Source of the DNA: an uncultured Clostridia bacterium
Lineage (GTDB): Bacteria > Bacillota > Clostridia > Oscillospirales > JAAYOS01
NCBI GenBank assembly: GCA_947585215.1
Contig: CANPWY010000001.1
Coordinates: 1 to 62,806, forward strand
Direction: 5' to 3'
Length of the DNA stretch: 62,806 bases
This document shows positions 61,280-62,806 of this stretch, piece by piece. A program made the position numbers and the translations under genes. The notes under the pieces are model-generated. The model did not search any database. It saw only the letters and a list, made by a program, of their open reading frames with translations, and was not told the origin of the DNA. Each line of letters opens with the position of its first letter. The first letter of the stretch is position 1.

Positions 61280-62806
61280 TTATCTGATGTGCAGAAGGTC
61301 GGCTATCTTCTCGCCCTTCGGCAGCATCGCGAGATCCTCGCGCGTGACGGCGTGCAGGAGCAGTATGCACACGAAGTAAACTATGACCGCTATGACTATC
61401 GCCCCAAGCACCGCCAGCTTCTCGCCGGTGACCCTCGAGAGGAGGCCGTTCGACGCCCACGCGGCGGCGGCCATTATCACGGTCGCGATAAGCGGACGGC
61501 CGAACATCCGCAGTACGTTCGGCGCGGGATCGATATGGCGCGAGATGATGATGAGGTTCAGCACCATTATCGTGCAGTAGCAGAGACCGGTGCCGACCGG
61601 CGCGCCGTTGATGTTTATCTCCGGCCGGCCGATGAGGAACCAGTTCGAGACGATCTTCACCACCGAGCCGCAGAGCATCGTGTAGACGGGTATGCGGACC
61701 TTGCCGAGCGACTGGAGCGTGGCGTTCGAGAGCATGATGACGCAGTTGAAAAAGACCGATATCGCGAGTATCGAGAGCGGAAGCGCGGCGGCGGCCGCCT
61801 CGTCGAGCCGCGCGGGGAAGAGCAGGCGGAGAATGGGGCCGCTCAGCACCGAAAGTCCGGCGGCGGCGGGGAGGGCGAGAAGCCCGGTGACGCGCATGCC
61901 CGTCTCTATAGTGCGGCTCGCGCCGCGGTTGTCGCCCCGGGCGAGCGCCGCCGCGACTGCGGGGACTATCGCCGTCGAGAACGGTACGATGAACGCGGAG
62001 GGGAAGTTGAAGAGCGTCTGCGCGAGGCCGTAGGAGCCGTAGAGCCAGGTGGCGCGCTCCTCCGTGAAGCCCGCCGCCGACTGGAGACGGTTGAGCACCA
62101 GCGCGGAGTCGATGAGGTTAGTTATGGCGAGGACGCCGGAGCCTATCGTTATCGGTATCGCTATCGAGAGGAGGTTCTTTGTGATGTCGCTCTGGGTGCG
62201 GCCGGACATCGGCCCGTCCGGAGTGGAGCGGCGGTCGAAGGCTCGCCGCAGTATCAGGAACACCGAGCCGAGCACCGTGCCTATCGTCACGCCGCCTATC
62301 GCTCCGGCGGCGGCGATCTCCTGCGGGTATCCCGCATTCAGGAGCCACATTGTAAACATTATCCCGAAAACCAGCTTGCTGAGCGCCTCGATTATCTGAC
62401 TCAAAGCCGTCGGGACCATGTTCATGACGCCCTGGTAGTACCCACGGAAGACGCTCATCACCGCGACAAAGAAGCTCGCGGGAGCTATCATGCGGATGGT
62501 GTACACCGCGCGCGGGCTCTTCATCAGCCCGGAGGCTATAGGCTGCGCGAATATGAACATCAGCGCGGAGCCCGCAAAGCCGATGATGAGGAAGGTGCTC
62601 ATCGCGGCGCGGAATATACGCTTGACGTCGCCGCCCTGACCCTTCGTGGTGGACTCGGCGACCATCTTGCTGACGGCTACCGGAAGTCCCGCAGTGCTTA
62701 TGACGAGCAGGACGTTGTAAACGCTGTAAGCGATATTGAAGTAGCCGAAGCCGGTGCCGGTGAGGAGGTTGCCGAGCGGTATCTTGAATACCGCGCCTAT
62801 CACCTT
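61280..62806 (-). CDS. MOP-superfamily flippase (SpoVB/YabM-like polysaccharide/peptidoglycan-precursor transporter), N-terminus outside window
   Basis: Multi-TM protein with ..GFGYFNIAYSVYNVLLVISTAGLPVAVSKMVAE.. The frame is open to the right edge. Confidence 0.85.
   Translation of the reverse strand, partial: KVIGAVFKIPLGNLLTGTGFGYFNIAYSVYNVLLVISTAGLPVAVSKMVAESTTKGQGGDVKRIFRAAMSTFLIIGFAGSALMFIFAQPIASGLMKSPRAVYTIRMIAPASFFVAVMSVFRGYYQGVMNMVPTALSQIIEALSKLVFGIMFTMWLLNAGYPQEIAAAGAIGGVTIGTVLGSVFLILRRAFDRRSTPDGPMSGRTQSDITKNLLSIAIPITIGSGVLAITNLIDSALVLNRLQSAAGFTEERATWLYGSYGLAQTLFNFPSAFIVPFSTAIVPAVAAALARGDNRGASRTIETGMRVTGLLALPAAAGLSVLSGPILRLLFPARLDEAAAAALPLSILAISVFFNCVIMLSNATLQSLGKVRIPVYTMLCGSVVKIVSNWFLIGRPEININGAPVGTGLCYCTIMVLNLIIISRHIDPAPNVLRMFGRPLIATVIMAAAAWASNGLLSRVTGEKLAVLGAIVIAVIVYFVCILLLHAVTREDLAMLPKGEKIADLLHIR

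Overview
This is a GC-rich Firmicutes/Clostridia-type chromosome segment. It carries SLH-anchored surface proteins and a yabM/spoVB-like - mazG - hup - yabO - yabP - yabQ - divIC - S1 block. Layout: (i) 0.4-3.1 kb is a sharply AT-rich islet with a promoter-driven two-gene ATPase + PD-(D/E)xK-like cassette (candidate defence pair) abutting a 3' fragment of tmRNA. (ii) 3.1-13.2 kb is a MacB/FtsX-type ABC locus with duplicated [large permease + lipoprotein] modules, one ATPase, one small permease and a divergent ECF-sigma/anti-sigma pair. (iii) 13.2-18.9 kb is a mobilizable element (sigma-like regulator, MobC, relaxase, ParB-like, large serine recombinase). (iv) 18.9-21.4 kb is an SLH-anchored 5'-nucleotidase. 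(v) 21.6-31.8 kb is the most unusual locus. It has three paralogous methyltransferase-STAS fusion genes, each followed by one to four double-glycine-leader, Cys-rich precursor-like peptides (six in total). These are interleaved with an exported VanX-type dipeptidase and a fully fused SBD-TMD-NBD amino-acid ABC importer. No canonical RiPP maturase or C39 exporter is present, only a decayed ABC-exporter tail. (vi) 31.9-46.6 kb holds an MscS channel and two giant surface proteins, one split by a single in-frame TAG. (vii) 47-50.7 kb holds an aldo-keto reductase, an orphan third FtsX-permease paralogue, an integrase remnant and tRNA-Pro(GGG). (viii) 50.8-62.8 kb is housekeeping/sporulation core on the minus strand. 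No rRNA, CRISPR array or intact IS was seen. All functional calls come from motif reading of the supplied translations and the DNA. No database search or numeric GC computation was run.
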